Translations under genes and position numbers: made by a program
Shown: one piece after another, positions 49,735 through 58,765 of the stretch
Layout of the letters: every line of letters starts with the position of its first letter
How positions within the stretch are numbered: position 1 is the first letter of the stretch
DNA from: Candidatus Komeilibacteria bacterium
GTDB lineage: Bacteria > Patescibacteriota > Patescibacteriia > UBA1558
Direction of reading: 5' to 3'
DNA: 64,000 bases
Assembly (NCBI GenBank): GCA_048538275.1
Contig: JBLYPW010000004.1
Location: 7,567-71,566 of the forward strand
The notes under the pieces: generated by a model
Told to the model about the DNA's origin: nothing
Seen by the model: only the letters and a program-made list of their open reading frames with translations
Database searches by the model: none

Positions 49735-50835
49735 TTATTGACGTATTGGCATTACAATATATAAATATCCTTCTCTGTCGGTTGGTACAAATACGCCTGG
49801 CGCGCCTTGATTACTGAGCTTTATGGTGACGCTTTCCGATTGTAGACCATTTAGGCCGTCTAGTAAATAACGATAGTTAAACACCATATCTATTTCATCA
49901 CCCTTAATATCGGCATTAATTTTTGTTATATTTTCCCCTAAACCACCATTTGCAGACACTATTATTATCTCTCCTTTACTTGGTAAAAACGTCATTTTTA
50001 CGTCATTTATGCCTGGTTTACAAAACAAAGCTGCTCCTTTTATTGCCTTCACTAGTTCGGTTATTTTAGTAGTAACAATCGTCTTTTCTTCTTTGGGGAT
50101 AATTTGTTCATAATCTGGGTAATTACCATCTATTAAACGAGAAACTAATTTCACATTATCATAGCTAAACAATATTTGATCATCGTTCATACTAATGCTG
50201 ACCTCTCCTTGACCGCTCACCCCTAAGCCACGAAATAACTCTTGTAATGTTTTTAACGGCACAATTATTTTTTTATGTAGCTCGCTTTTAGTCTCTATTT
50301 TCTTTTCCGCTAAACGATAGCTGTCGGTAGCGGCCACCACCAAGTTGTTTTCACTAAAATTAAAAAATACTCCACTTATTTCTGGCCTACTTTCATCAAC
50401 ACTAACGGCAAATAATGTTTGACTCAACAATTCTTGCAAATTTTCTTTTTTTATTATTACTTGCTCTTCCGAAGAAACTTCTGGAATCAAGGGATAGTCC
50501 TCTGCGCTCATTCCCTTAATCTCTGTTTGTGATTTTTTACTGTCTATTTTTAATCCTTCATCGCTTACCGTCAAAGTAATATTTTCTTTTGGTAAAAGAT
50601 TTATATAGTCGGTTAATAGTCTAGCAGGAACAGTATAACTTCCGTCCTTTTCTACCTTCCCCCGTATTTGTACATTTATGCCTATTTCCAAATTGGTAGT
50701 AGCTAAAGTAATAATGCCATCGACCGCCTTTAATAAAACATTATTTAAAATGGGAAGATTAGCATTACGAGAAGCAATATGATTTACTATTGATAACCCT
50801 GTATTCAAATTTTCTTGCGTGCAAATGATTTTCAT
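49735..50835 (-). CDS. dnaN: DNA polymerase III beta sliding clamp
   Basis: LPILNNVLL, ATDSYRLAE, SRLIDGNYPDY, IVMPIR. Confidence 0.98.
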   Translation of the reverse strand: MKIICTQENLNTGLSIVNHIASRNANLPILNNVLLKAVDGIITLATTNLEIGINVQIRGKVEKDGSYTVPARLLTDYINLLPKENITLTVSDEGLKIDSKKSQTEIKGMSAEDYPLIPEVSSEEQVIIKKENLQELLSQTLFAVSVDESRPEISGVFFNFSENNLVVAATDSYRLAEKKIETKSELHKKIIVPLKTLQELFRGLGVSGQGEVSISMNDDQILFSYDNVKLVSRLIDGNYPDYEQIIPKEEKTIVTTKITELVKAIKGAALFCKPGINDVKMTFLPSKGEIIIVSANGGLGENITKINADIKGDEIDMVFNYRYLLDGLNGLQSESVTIKLSNQGAPGVFVPTDREGYLYIVMPIRQ

Positions 50836-51113
50836 TATTATTAATATAAATAATTATTTAATTTTATTAATCATTGTAATAATAAGGGGGTGTTAATATC
50901 TTAATAAGTGTTAAAGAGATAGAATTTTAAGTGCTTTTATACTCTACTTATCTCTGGACAACTCACGCTATTGTTGCGGACAAGGAAAGAACCATTTGTT
51001 AATAAAATCCCAGAGAGAAAAGTTATGAACTATTTGTTAAATCTTACTAACAGAAAGAAAGAGAATTATCCTATGCTTGTTTACGGTTTACTCAACAGGA
51101 AAGCCACAATATA
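50836..51113. other. Probable oriC (dnaA-dnaN intergenic: degenerate boxes plus AT-rich unwinding region)
   Basis: TGTTAATAA-type 9-mers, a G5 tract and NAN triplets next to an AT-rich stretch; GC skew appears to change nearby; parS sites close. Confidence 0.7.
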
Positions 51114-52508
51114 TTAGGAGGCGTAGAGCTGTTGTCTGATCAAATCAATGTCGCTTTTTATCTTGCTGTTGTTTTTTATTTCATTTTCTATTTTGTTGCA
51201 GGCATGAATAGCGGTGGTATGATCACGACCCCCCAGTTCTTGTCCGATAGACGGGTAGGAGCTTTTTAGCTCTTCTCGCAATAACCACATTACGATCTGA
51301 CGAGGAATAACCATTTCTTTCCGACGACAACTGCCAACCAAATCATCCATTGATATATCATAAAATTCAGAAACCTTATTAGCGATTTTTTTTGGCGTTA
51401 GGCCGCTTTTTTTCGCGCTTAATGAAAGTGAACCAAGAACATTTTTTACGGTTTCTAGTGTCAGCTTACTATTATTTAATTGATGATAGGCAATGATTCT
51501 GTTTAGGGCGCCTTCTAGCTCACGAATATTACTTTGAATATTTTCTGCGACATAAGACAGTATTTCTGGAGATAAATCAAAATTTTTAGAATTACATTTG
51601 GCTTCCAAGATGGCATAGCGCGTTTCCAGGTCGGGTACAGATATGTCAGCAATCATTCCCCACTCAAAACGAGAAATCAGCCTTTGTTCAACCTCGGCAA
51701 TTGCCTTTGGCGGGCGGTCAGAAGTCATAACAATTTGCCTGTTTTTTTGGTGAAGCTCATTAAAGGTGTGAAAAAATTCTTCTTGGGTTTGTTCTTTACC
51801 GGCTATAAACTGAATATCATCTATTAATAAAACGTCAACAGTACGGTAATATTTTTTTAACTCATCAACATTGCCTCGTTTAATAGAGTTGATGTAGTCA
51901 TTAACAAACTTTTCACTGTTTATGTAAACCACTCTGCTGCTGGGAGTTTTTTCTAAAATAGCATTACCGATGGCTTGTAAAAGGTGTGTTTTTCCTAAAC
52001 CAACGCCACCATATAAAAACAAGGGGTTATAAACTTCGCCCGGCCTATCGACAACCGCCTTAGCGGCCGCCGTTGCCAAATCATTGCCCTTTCCTACAAT
52101 AAAGGACTGAAAAGTATATTTTGGGTTTAAATTAAAAGAATTGGTTTTCTCGTTGGTTGTGGTTGTTTGTTTTGTGTCCGTTTGTATTTTACTATTGGTG
52201 GATAAAACGGCAGGCGAATCATCCGTGGTTGCGTCAGCAAGAGAGGCGCGCGCCGGCTTATTAGCACTCACTTTATAAACAACAGTGGTAATCTTTCCTT
52301 GGCTGCTTTTATTAATAGCAGCGATTATATTGTCATTATATTTGTTTTCTAACCAGGCCTTGGTAAAAGCATTGGGGACGCCAACAATAGCAGAGTTGCC
52401 ATCTATATCAGCAATAAACGTATTTTTAAACCAGGTGGTAAAATTTGCCTTTGAAATTGTGAGCTCCAGCTCACCAAGTACCGCTTCCCAAAGTTGGTCT
52501 GCAAACAT
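51114..52508 (-). CDS. dnaA: Chromosomal replication initiator DnaA
   Basis: YNPLFLYGGVGLGKTHL, LLIDDIQF, SNIRELEGAL, GGRDHTT. Confidence 0.99.
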   Translation of the reverse strand: MFADQLWEAVLGELELTISKANFTTWFKNTFIADIDGNSAIVGVPNAFTKAWLENKYNDNIIAAINKSSQGKITTVVYKVSANKPARASLADATTDDSPAVLSTNSKIQTDTKQTTTTNEKTNSFNLNPKYTFQSFIVGKGNDLATAAAKAVVDRPGEVYNPLFLYGGVGLGKTHLLQAIGNAILEKTPSSRVVYINSEKFVNDYINSIKRGNVDELKKYYRTVDVLLIDDIQFIAGKEQTQEEFFHTFNELHQKNRQIVMTSDRPPKAIAEVEQRLISRFEWGMIADISVPDLETRYAILEAKCNSKNFDLSPEILSYVAENIQSNIRELEGALNRIIAYHQLNNSKLTLETVKNVLGSLSLSAKKSGLTPKKIANKVSEFYDISMDDLVGSCRRKEMVIPRQIVMWLLREELKSSYPSIGQELGGRDHTTAIHACNKIENEIKNNSKIKSDIDLIRQQLYAS

Positions 52509-52681
52509 TTTGTTTTTTTATTAAATAAATATTCAAACATCGCTTAAAACGAAGGCATTGCTTTGCGCAACGCTTTTTCATTTTAGCACAGCTGAGAAGA
52601 ATTAAAAACCACCTAATAAATAAAAAATTGTTTACAAAATGTTGATAAACGGTTAACAAAATAAACAAGAAATAAAAACCC

Positions 52682-52710
52682 TTTACAATTTATGGGTTTA
52701 TTGCTACACT
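52682..52710 (+). promoter_or_regulatory. rpmH operon promoter
   Basis: TTTACA-17 nt-TACACT with extended TG. Confidence 0.55.
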
Positions 52711-52756
52711 AGCGTTGTTATTTTTATTAATTTATATAAAATAAGATAGAGACAAC

Positions 52757-52906
52757 ATGCCAAAAAGAACTTATCAACCAAAGAAAAGACGCCGCCTAAA
52801 AAAATACGGCTTTCGTGCACGTCAAGCAGATAGTGGCGGGAAAAAGGTTTTGAAGCGTCGTCGTGCGCGAGGACGAGCAAGACTTTCTTCTAGCAATGAA
52901 AAATAG
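52757..52906 (+). CDS. rpmH: 50S ribosomal protein L34 (not in ORF track)
   Basis: [49 protein letters not shown]. Confidence 0.97.
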   Translation: MPKRTYQPKKRRRLKKYGFRARQADSGGKKVLKRRRARGRARLSSSNEK

Positions 52907-53240
52907 TTTAAACAAAGAAAAGGACATTTTTAGGGTTTTAAGAAAAAAACCCTTTTTTTCCCAACACTTCGTGGTAAAAAGCGCGCCGGGCGAGGACAAA
53001 CAGTTTCGTTACACTATAATAATTTCAAAGAAACAAGAAAAATCAGCCGTAAAAAGAAATTTAATAAAGCGGCGCATTCGTAGTCTGGTTCAAAAACAAA
53101 AAGAAAGCATTGGTCCGCGGACAGACTTTGTTATATCTGTTAAGGGAAAAGAACTGGCTAAGGTTTTACGCGGAGAAGGATTGCGCTTGGAGTTGCTTCA
53201 AGTTATGGACCGGGCGGGCATAATAAAGAAAGAAAAATGA
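52896..53240 (+). CDS. rnpA: Ribonuclease P protein component
   Basis: [17 protein letters not shown] motif; synteny. Confidence 0.9.
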   Translation: MKNSLNKEKDIFRVLRKKPFFSQHFVVKSAPGEDKQFRYTIIISKKQEKSAVKRNLIKRRIRSLVQKQKESIGPRTDFVISVKGKELAKVLRGEGLRLELLQVMDRAGIIKKEK

Positions 53241-53470
53241 AAAAATTACTATTGTTGCTACTAGGTTTTTATCAGAAATACCTATCGCCTGACAGCGGAC
53301 TATTCCGTCGCCCCCGATTGAGTGGAACGTGTCGTTTTTATCCCACCTGTTCAGAATATACCAAGCGGGCGATTGAAAAGTACGGCGCCTGGCAAGGGCT
53401 ATGCAAAGGCAGCAAAAGACTCATGCGCTGTCACCCTTGGTCTAAAGGGGGTCACGACCCATTAGTATAA
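53237..53470 (+). CDS. yidD: Membrane protein insertion efficiency factor YidD
   Basis: CRFYPTCSEY, RCHPWSKGGHDP. Confidence 0.95.
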   Translation: MKKLLLLLLGFYQKYLSPDSGLFRRPRLSGTCRFYPTCSEYTKRAIEKYGAWQGLCKGSKRLMRCHPWSKGGHDPLV

Positions 53471-53474
53471 AATT

Positions 53475-54200
53475 ATGTTATCAGCTTTATATCACAATAT
53501 TTTATACCAGCCATTATTTAATATTTTGGTGTTTTTTTATGATATTATTCCGGTTAAAGATGTTGGCTGGTCCATTATCTTGTTAACGGTTGTAATTCGG
53601 TTGCTTTTATTTCCTTTATCAAAATCGTCTATTGAATCACAAAAGAAGTTACAGGATATAAAACCAGAGCTAGACGCGCTCAAAGAAAAACACAAAGACG
53701 ATAAAGAGGCTTTTGGTAAAGCCACCATGGCTCTGTATAAAGAAAAAAAAATAAACCCCGCTTCTTCCTGCTTGCCCTTATTAATACAGTTGCCTATTTT
53801 ATTTGCCGTATACCAAGTTCTTAGAGTTGGTTTAAGCAATGGCAGCTTTGACTTGTTGTATTCTTTTGTGAGCCACCCAGGTGTTATAAATAGTTTATTT
53901 TTAGGCTTTATAAATTTGGCAGAACCAAACATTGTTTTGGCCATTTTGGCTGGCTTGGGACAATATTTTCAATCTAAGATGATTATTAAAACACAGCCAG
54001 AGAAGAACAACAAAGCAAGTGGGAAGGCAGACTTGGCCGGAGCCATGAGCAAACAAATGCTGTATTTTATGCCTATTTTTACAGTTTTTATTGGCATGTC
54101 CTTACCTAGCGGTTTGGCTTTATATTGGTTGGTTTCAATTTTGTTAACTATTTTACAACAGTATTTGGTACTGCGAAAGACAAAAGTAACCCAAGTATAA
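53475..54200 (+). CDS. yidC: YidC/Oxa1 insertase (short, no periplasmic domain)
   Basis: IILLTVVIRLLLFPL, NPASSCLPLLIQLP, GLALYW. Confidence 0.95.
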   Translation: MLSALYHNILYQPLFNILVFFYDIIPVKDVGWSIILLTVVIRLLLFPLSKSSIESQKKLQDIKPELDALKEKHKDDKEAFGKATMALYKEKKINPASSCLPLLIQLPILFAVYQVLRVGLSNGSFDLLYSFVSHPGVINSLFLGFINLAEPNIVLAILAGLGQYFQSKMIIKTQPEKNNKASGKADLAGAMSKQMLYFMPIFTVFIGMSLPSGLALYWLVSILLTILQQYLVLRKTKVTQV

Positions 54201-54218
54201 AATTAAAGTATTACAAAT

Positions 54219-54251
54219 AAAAACCCCCTACCCTCGGGTAGGGGGTTTTTG
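54219..54251. terminator. Bidirectional terminator
   Basis: AAAAACCCCCTACCC-TC-GGGTAGGGGGTTTTT. Confidence 0.85.
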
Positions 54252-54262
54252 TGTAAAGCAGT

Positions 54263-55006
54263 TTAAAAAAGCCTGTCGCTACCGACAATTACGGAAAGCT
54301 TATTAGGCGCTATTGAAACCCTTGCCGGTGGTTTGGTTTTGGCGACCTGATCAACGGTGATAAAGGCGCCGGTTTCAGAACAAACGACTTCAATGTCTGT
54401 AAAAGGCATAATAGTGGTGTCCGTTGTTTTTTTTATAAGACTGTCTGTGCTGGCGATAACACATTCAAGCTGTCCGTCGGTAGGGTCAAAAGAGCGCGTC
54501 ACTCCTCCCCCACTCATTATGCCGAGATTATTAAAAGTAACCGAGTTTTTTTGGCTGCGCGGACTGATGTTGAACTTGCCAAACTTAATCGTAGTGGGCT
54601 CGTTAATTATACTGGCAGAGTCCAGAAAATAATATCCCCCAATCCTGCCCAGGTCTACCTTTTTTATAATACGCTGGGCTAAAACATCGCAGGCCGCTTG
54701 ACCAGCCGGAACGCCCAAGATCTTTCCTATTTTAGATTTCTTATCAATCGGAATAACGCCAAGGGCGATGTTCTTGTCAGCTATAATATTTATTATTTTA
54801 GAAAAACTAAGGTCGTCGCCCACCACCACCACGGTTGTAACGCCCTGGCTAATTCCATCACTGACCACTTCGGCCATATTTTTCAAAACGTTTAAACGGA
54901 CAACGCGACCTTTAATACCCAAATCAACCAAACGATTTTCAATTTTGAAAATTAGCCCTTGGTATTTTTTAGCGGTAAGAAAACTATCGTATATGTAGAG
55001 ATACAT
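54263..55006 (-). CDS. Diacylglycerol-kinase-family-like protein
   Basis: VVVVGDD, LGVIP, VDLG, PTDGQLE; degenerate catalytic motif. Confidence 0.7.
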   Translation of the reverse strand: MYLYIYDSFLTAKKYQGLIFKIENRLVDLGIKGRVVRLNVLKNMAEVVSDGISQGVTTVVVVGDDLSFSKIINIIADKNIALGVIPIDKKSKIGKILGVPAGQAACDVLAQRIIKKVDLGRIGGYYFLDSASIINEPTTIKFGKFNISPRSQKNSVTFNNLGIMSGGGVTRSFDPTDGQLECVIASTDSLIKKTTDTTIMPFTDIEVVCSETGAFITVDQVAKTKPPARVSIAPNKLSVIVGSDRLF

Positions 55007-55024
55007 AAAAACGGTAAAGGTGTG

Positions 55025-55420
55025 TTATTTTTTATTTTCTTCGCTTTCTTTGGTAGTTTTGGCAGCCGTCTCTTCCACAACATTACATTGGCCATTTAAA
55101 GTTGCGCCTAATTCAACCATTAAAAGTTTTGCAGAAACATTGCCTTTCACGCTAGCCTGGCTGGTTATATGAAGTTTTTCTTCAACAGTAATGTTGCCCA
55201 CAATAGAGCCTGCAATAAAGGCGTTTTTTGCATGGACTTCGGCTTTGACCTTAGATCCCTCACCGATTTTTAAATTGTTTTTAGTTTTAATGTTACCAAT
55301 AACCTCTCCTTCAATAATAATATCATGATTACTTATAAAATCTCCTTCAACTTTTACGGAGGAACCAATGATGGTTTCAGCGGTTTTAATGTCTTTAGCC
55401 GGGTTTTCTTCTTTGAACAT
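55025..55420 (-). CDS. Bactofilin (polymer-forming cytoskeletal protein)
   Basis: TIIGSSVKVEGD, IIEGEVIGNI, IAGSIVGNI, GATLNGQC beta-helix repeats. Confidence 0.93.
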   Translation of the reverse strand: MFKEENPAKDIKTAETIIGSSVKVEGDFISNHDIIIEGEVIGNIKTKNNLKIGEGSKVKAEVHAKNAFIAGSIVGNITVEEKLHITSQASVKGNVSAKLLMVELGATLNGQCNVVEETAAKTTKESEENKK

Positions 55421-55513
55421 AGCCTTTTTGTTAAAAATAAAAATTTAGACAAATGGTCGCGGATATATTATATTATATAAGCTCTTGTTTACCAACCAAT
55501 AATTATCAACCTT

Positions 55514-55651
55514 ATGTCAACAGGCATTGAAAAAAAAGATCTTTATATTATATTAGGCACGATGGTAGCCTATATAGCGCTATTTATTGCGTTGAAATTG
55601 TGGGACATGCAAACCGGTGTTTTAGAAAGTTTAGCTGCCGGCATAATTTAG
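55514..55651 (+). CDS. 45-aa single-TM small protein (not in ORF track)
   Basis: MSTGIEKKDLYIILGTMVAYIALFIALKLWDMQTGVLESLAAGII; divergent from bactofilin. Confidence 0.5.
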   Translation: MSTGIEKKDLYIILGTMVAYIALFIALKLWDMQTGVLESLAAGII

Positions 55652-55740
55652 TGTTTTACGACGCATAATTTGGTCTAATATTATATAAAATTATATTTTA
55701 TAGTAAAATTGTTCCAGCTGGAACGATTTTATTTACACAA

Positions 55741-55815
55741 GCTCTCGTAGTTCAACGGATAGAACAAGGCACTCCTAACGCCTAGATGTAGGTTCGATTC
55801 CTGCCGAGAGCACCA
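55741..55815 (+). tRNA. tRNA-Arg(CCT)
   Basis: GCTCTCG/CGAGAGC acceptor; anticodon loop CTCCTAA; GTTCGATTC; CCA. Confidence 0.93.
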
Positions 55816-55945
55816 CTTAGGAAAGCTCAACACCGCGTGTTTGATTTTTTTTGTATTTAATTTCGGATTAAAAACGGAATACGCGATTTTGTTTGAGCAA
55901 TGAAAAACCCCTTAGAAGCTATCAAAAAGCGGCGCTTGCTACCTC

Positions 55946-55974
55946 TTGACTTTTATGGCATAATATGCTAAGAT
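55946..55974 (+). promoter_or_regulatory. Sigma70-type promoter
   Basis: TTGACT-17 nt-TAAGAT with extended TG. Confidence 0.6.
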
Positions 55975-56044
55975 CTGAAACAGAGTGGTTGGGCTATAGT
56001 AGTTTGACCAAAATCGCACATTCCCAATAGAAACGAGGTAACAA

Positions 56045-56520
56045 ATGCAGATCGTATTAACGTTTCTTTATCTGCTGGTGGGATTTCTACTGGCGATTCC
56101 GTACTGCCTGCTAGCGGGATGGAGCACGGAGAGTTACCCGATGGTTGCTTTCGTGATGCCTGATTCCTGTTCATCTGGCTCATGTTGGCGTTTTTCACAG
56201 GCGTGGTGGACGAGGGTCATCCGATCAGCTTTAACTGGCGCGCTGCCTTCGGCAAGGGTGACCGCCGAAGACTGACGGGATCTCCTGTCATGCTCTGGGC
56301 GTGGACTATCTACGGTTTTCTACCGGTGACTATCCACTGGAGCGCAGTGTTTTTAGGTAAAGTTGGCTATGAGACGGCCAGCTCGTTTCTGGATGCACAT
56401 CGTTACGGGAGCCCGTTCTTAGTCCTTATAGCGACCTTTATCCTACTAATTCTCAGCCGGCTAGCTATTAATGCGTCTGGTGCGGCAAAGAATATATGGA
56501 CGCGGCTCGTCAATCAGTAG
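56045..56520 (+). pseudogene. Probable frameshifted membrane protein gene
   Basis: SD GAGGT; hydrophobic 56045 ORF continues naturally into the frame of the 56182 ORF near 56160 (FLFIWLMLAFF); terminator at about 56540-56584. Confidence 0.5.
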
Positions 56521-57222
56521 CGAATGGTGTTCTATTCAATTGGGGCTCTCCACGGATAATCGTGAGTTGAGCCCCTTTTCTTTAATTTCCTCTTTATTTT
56601 TATGTCATAATTGTGTTCGCAGCGCGCCTTCGGAATTATTGGTTGTAAAAGGACTGGAAATTGTTATCGGTGTGACAAAGTTATATTTTGCAAGGCGTTT
56701 TCCAGTTGCAGTAGGCATCAGAACCAGTTCGCGCTATTTTAAAAACAGAGCGCTAAGGCGCCCACGGGAAGCATTGGGAGGCGCTCACATTGACAAAAAG
56801 TATAATATTTGTTATTATTGCTTGATTGATTATAGAAATATAACAGCAAAAGCTTGCTTATAGGAGGCACATATTGGAAGCATTAGTGTTTCATTTGAAC
56901 GAAAGACTTGGTGTTTTTTTAGAAACAAAGCCTTTTTTTGTTTGTAACCCGGGTGCTTGTCTATTTAAATCCGGTCGCAATTTTGCCACAAGCAATTAGT
57001 TCAGTTTTGGAGAGTCGGTAGAAGGAGCCTCGCCGGGCATGTGATATATGTTTTATGCCATACAAACAGCTTTTGTTTTTATTGGGATAAAGGAGAAAAA
57101 TTCGGCTGTTTTTGGTTCAATGCTAGTCAGTTTTATTTTATCCATAATAATTATAGTTGCGGTCACAGTTAGAAACCATGATGACCGCACCCCCCCCCAT
57201 TTTAAAGAATAAGTGGGGTTTT

Positions 57223-57240
57223 TTGTTCCACGTGGAACAA
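57223..57240. promoter_or_regulatory. parS centromere-like site
   Basis: Perfect palindrome TTGTTCCACGTGGAACAA matching the parS consensus, about 5 kb from dnaA. Confidence 0.88.
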
Positions 57241-57467
57241 AAGAAGAGTGCTATTTGGCGGCATTACCACCTAATCTCTTGTTTTAAGCAGTTTATCATA
57301 AAGGACAGATTTAGAGGTTTTTATCGTTTTCTTGGCTTAGAGCGAGCAAATGTTGTAAATAATAAACAGCTTTTCAATTTCAATACCTTGACAACTATGT
57401 ATAATTGTGCTAAATTAAATAATCAATGAAATTTGACAATTTTAATTAAACAACAAAAGGAGAAAAA

Positions 57468-57932
57468 ATGGATGCTTTACGGCCATCAGTGCTTATTTGG
57501 TGGACCAAACTGGGGAAATATCAAGTAGTGGTAACAATTGTTACCTTGGCGGTTTATTTTAGCACTGCATATTTTACCGGGGACAAGGTACTAGCCGCCT
57601 TTGCCGCTCCCACCGCCGCCTTAATCGTCGCTTTGGGTGCTTTGGTCGTCGCCATGATCACCTTTGCCCCACCCCTGGCCGCTTCTGCTGCTGCCTTGGT
57701 TGTCACCCTTGCCGCTCCCACCGCCCTCTTGGCCACCTCGGCCGCTCCCGCAGCTACCTTGGTTATCGCCTTGGTCACCCCCATAGCCTTGGTCACCTTG
57801 GTTGCCGCCATAGTCGTGTCTGCCGACGCCAAAGAGCAGCGGGGCACCATAAGCCATAAGACAATTATTTTTACTTATGGGATGCAGTTCGTTTTCATAT
57901 TCACTCCAATATGGATATCAATGATTGGTTGA
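57468..57932 (+). CDS. Ala/Val/Leu-rich low-complexity membrane protein
   Basis: Promoter TTGACA-17-TAAATT (57388-57416); SD AAGGAG; internal repeats; terminator at 57952-57986. Confidence 0.7.
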   Translation: MDALRPSVLIWWTKLGKYQVVVTIVTLAVYFSTAYFTGDKVLAAFAAPTAALIVALGALVVAMITFAPPLAASAAALVVTLAAPTALLATSAAPAATLVIALVTPIALVTLVAAIVVSADAKEQRGTISHKTIIFTYGMQFVFIFTPIWISMIG

Positions 57933-58122
57933 GGAGTGATAAAATTGACTTGGAGCATGTCATTAAACTGCTCCTTTTTTATTTTGTTTAACAATAATTA
58001 TTATGCTTTTAGATTTTACTATTGATAGTTTTTCCGATTTACTTTAGAATATTAACGCTTGTGGTATTAGCTTAGTTTCAGCCAGAGGCTGACCAAACCT
58101 TGGTTGGGGCTAGACATTTCGC

Positions 58123-58199
58123 GGGGTATTAGCTCAGTTGGCTAGAGCGCTTCCTTCGCATGGAAGAGGTCGCCGGTTCAAATCCGGCATACTCCACCA
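58123..58199 (+). tRNA. tRNA-Ala(CGC)
   Basis: G3:U70 pair; anticodon arm CTTCC-TTCGCAT-GGAAG; CCA. Confidence 0.95.
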
Positions 58200-58227
58200 C
58201 CCAAAACCAACATTTGTTTAAGAATTT

Positions 58228-58653
58228 ATGCAAATTGATAAAAAGAAAACATACTTGGCGTATATAGTTAACGCCGTAGGTTCTAAACTATGGCGGGATT
58301 TATATTTTGAAGACGGTAAGAACATAACAAGCTCCGGCGAATATAGCTGCGCTGTTTTTGTTTCCACGGTCTTATATATTTTGGGTTGGTTGGATGGTTT
58401 GCATGCGACTGTAATTTCAACAGAAGCAGCTCTGCAAAATTCGGGTTGGCAAGTTGTTGAAAAACCAAAAGCAGGAGACGTGATTGTTTGGCCGGAAAAC
58501 GACCAGGGTAACAAACACATTGGTTTTGTAATTTGCGACAGTGAAGCGGTAAGTAATAGTAGTCGGTTAAAAAGAATAGTTAAACATCATATAACTTACA
58601 AAGGGAAAAGAAATTGGCAAGCATTGTATCGTTTTCCAGGGATGAATGATTGA
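58228..58653 (+). CDS. NlpC/P60/CHAP-like papain-fold protein
   Basis: YSCAVFVS, PKAGDVIVW and HIGF give a Cys-His dyad layout. Confidence 0.65.
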   Translation: MQIDKKKTYLAYIVNAVGSKLWRDLYFEDGKNITSSGEYSCAVFVSTVLYILGWLDGLHATVISTEAALQNSGWQVVEKPKAGDVIVWPENDQGNKHIGFVICDSEAVSNSSRLKRIVKHHITYKGKRNWQALYRFPGMND

Positions 58654-58688
58654 CAGAAGCGAAAAAAATCATATAATAGAATCTACGT

Positions 58689-58765
58689 GGGCCCGTAGCT
58701 CAGTTGGTTAGAGCGCTTGCATGGCATGCAAGAGGCCGCCGGTTCGAATCCAGTCGGGTCCACCA
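58689..58765 (+). tRNA. tRNA-Ala(GGC)
   Basis: G3:U70 pair; anticodon arm CTTGC-ATGGCAT-GCAAG; CCA; one C-A mismatch in the T stem. Confidence 0.92.

Noticed and set aside
54229-54240. TACCCTCGGGTA as a second CsoR operator
   Set aside because: It is the apex of a bidirectional terminator between convergent genes, not near a promoter
56471-57429. ORFs 56471-56863 and 57157-57429
   Set aside because: They run through terminators, promoters and the parS site, with no RBS or protein-like composition
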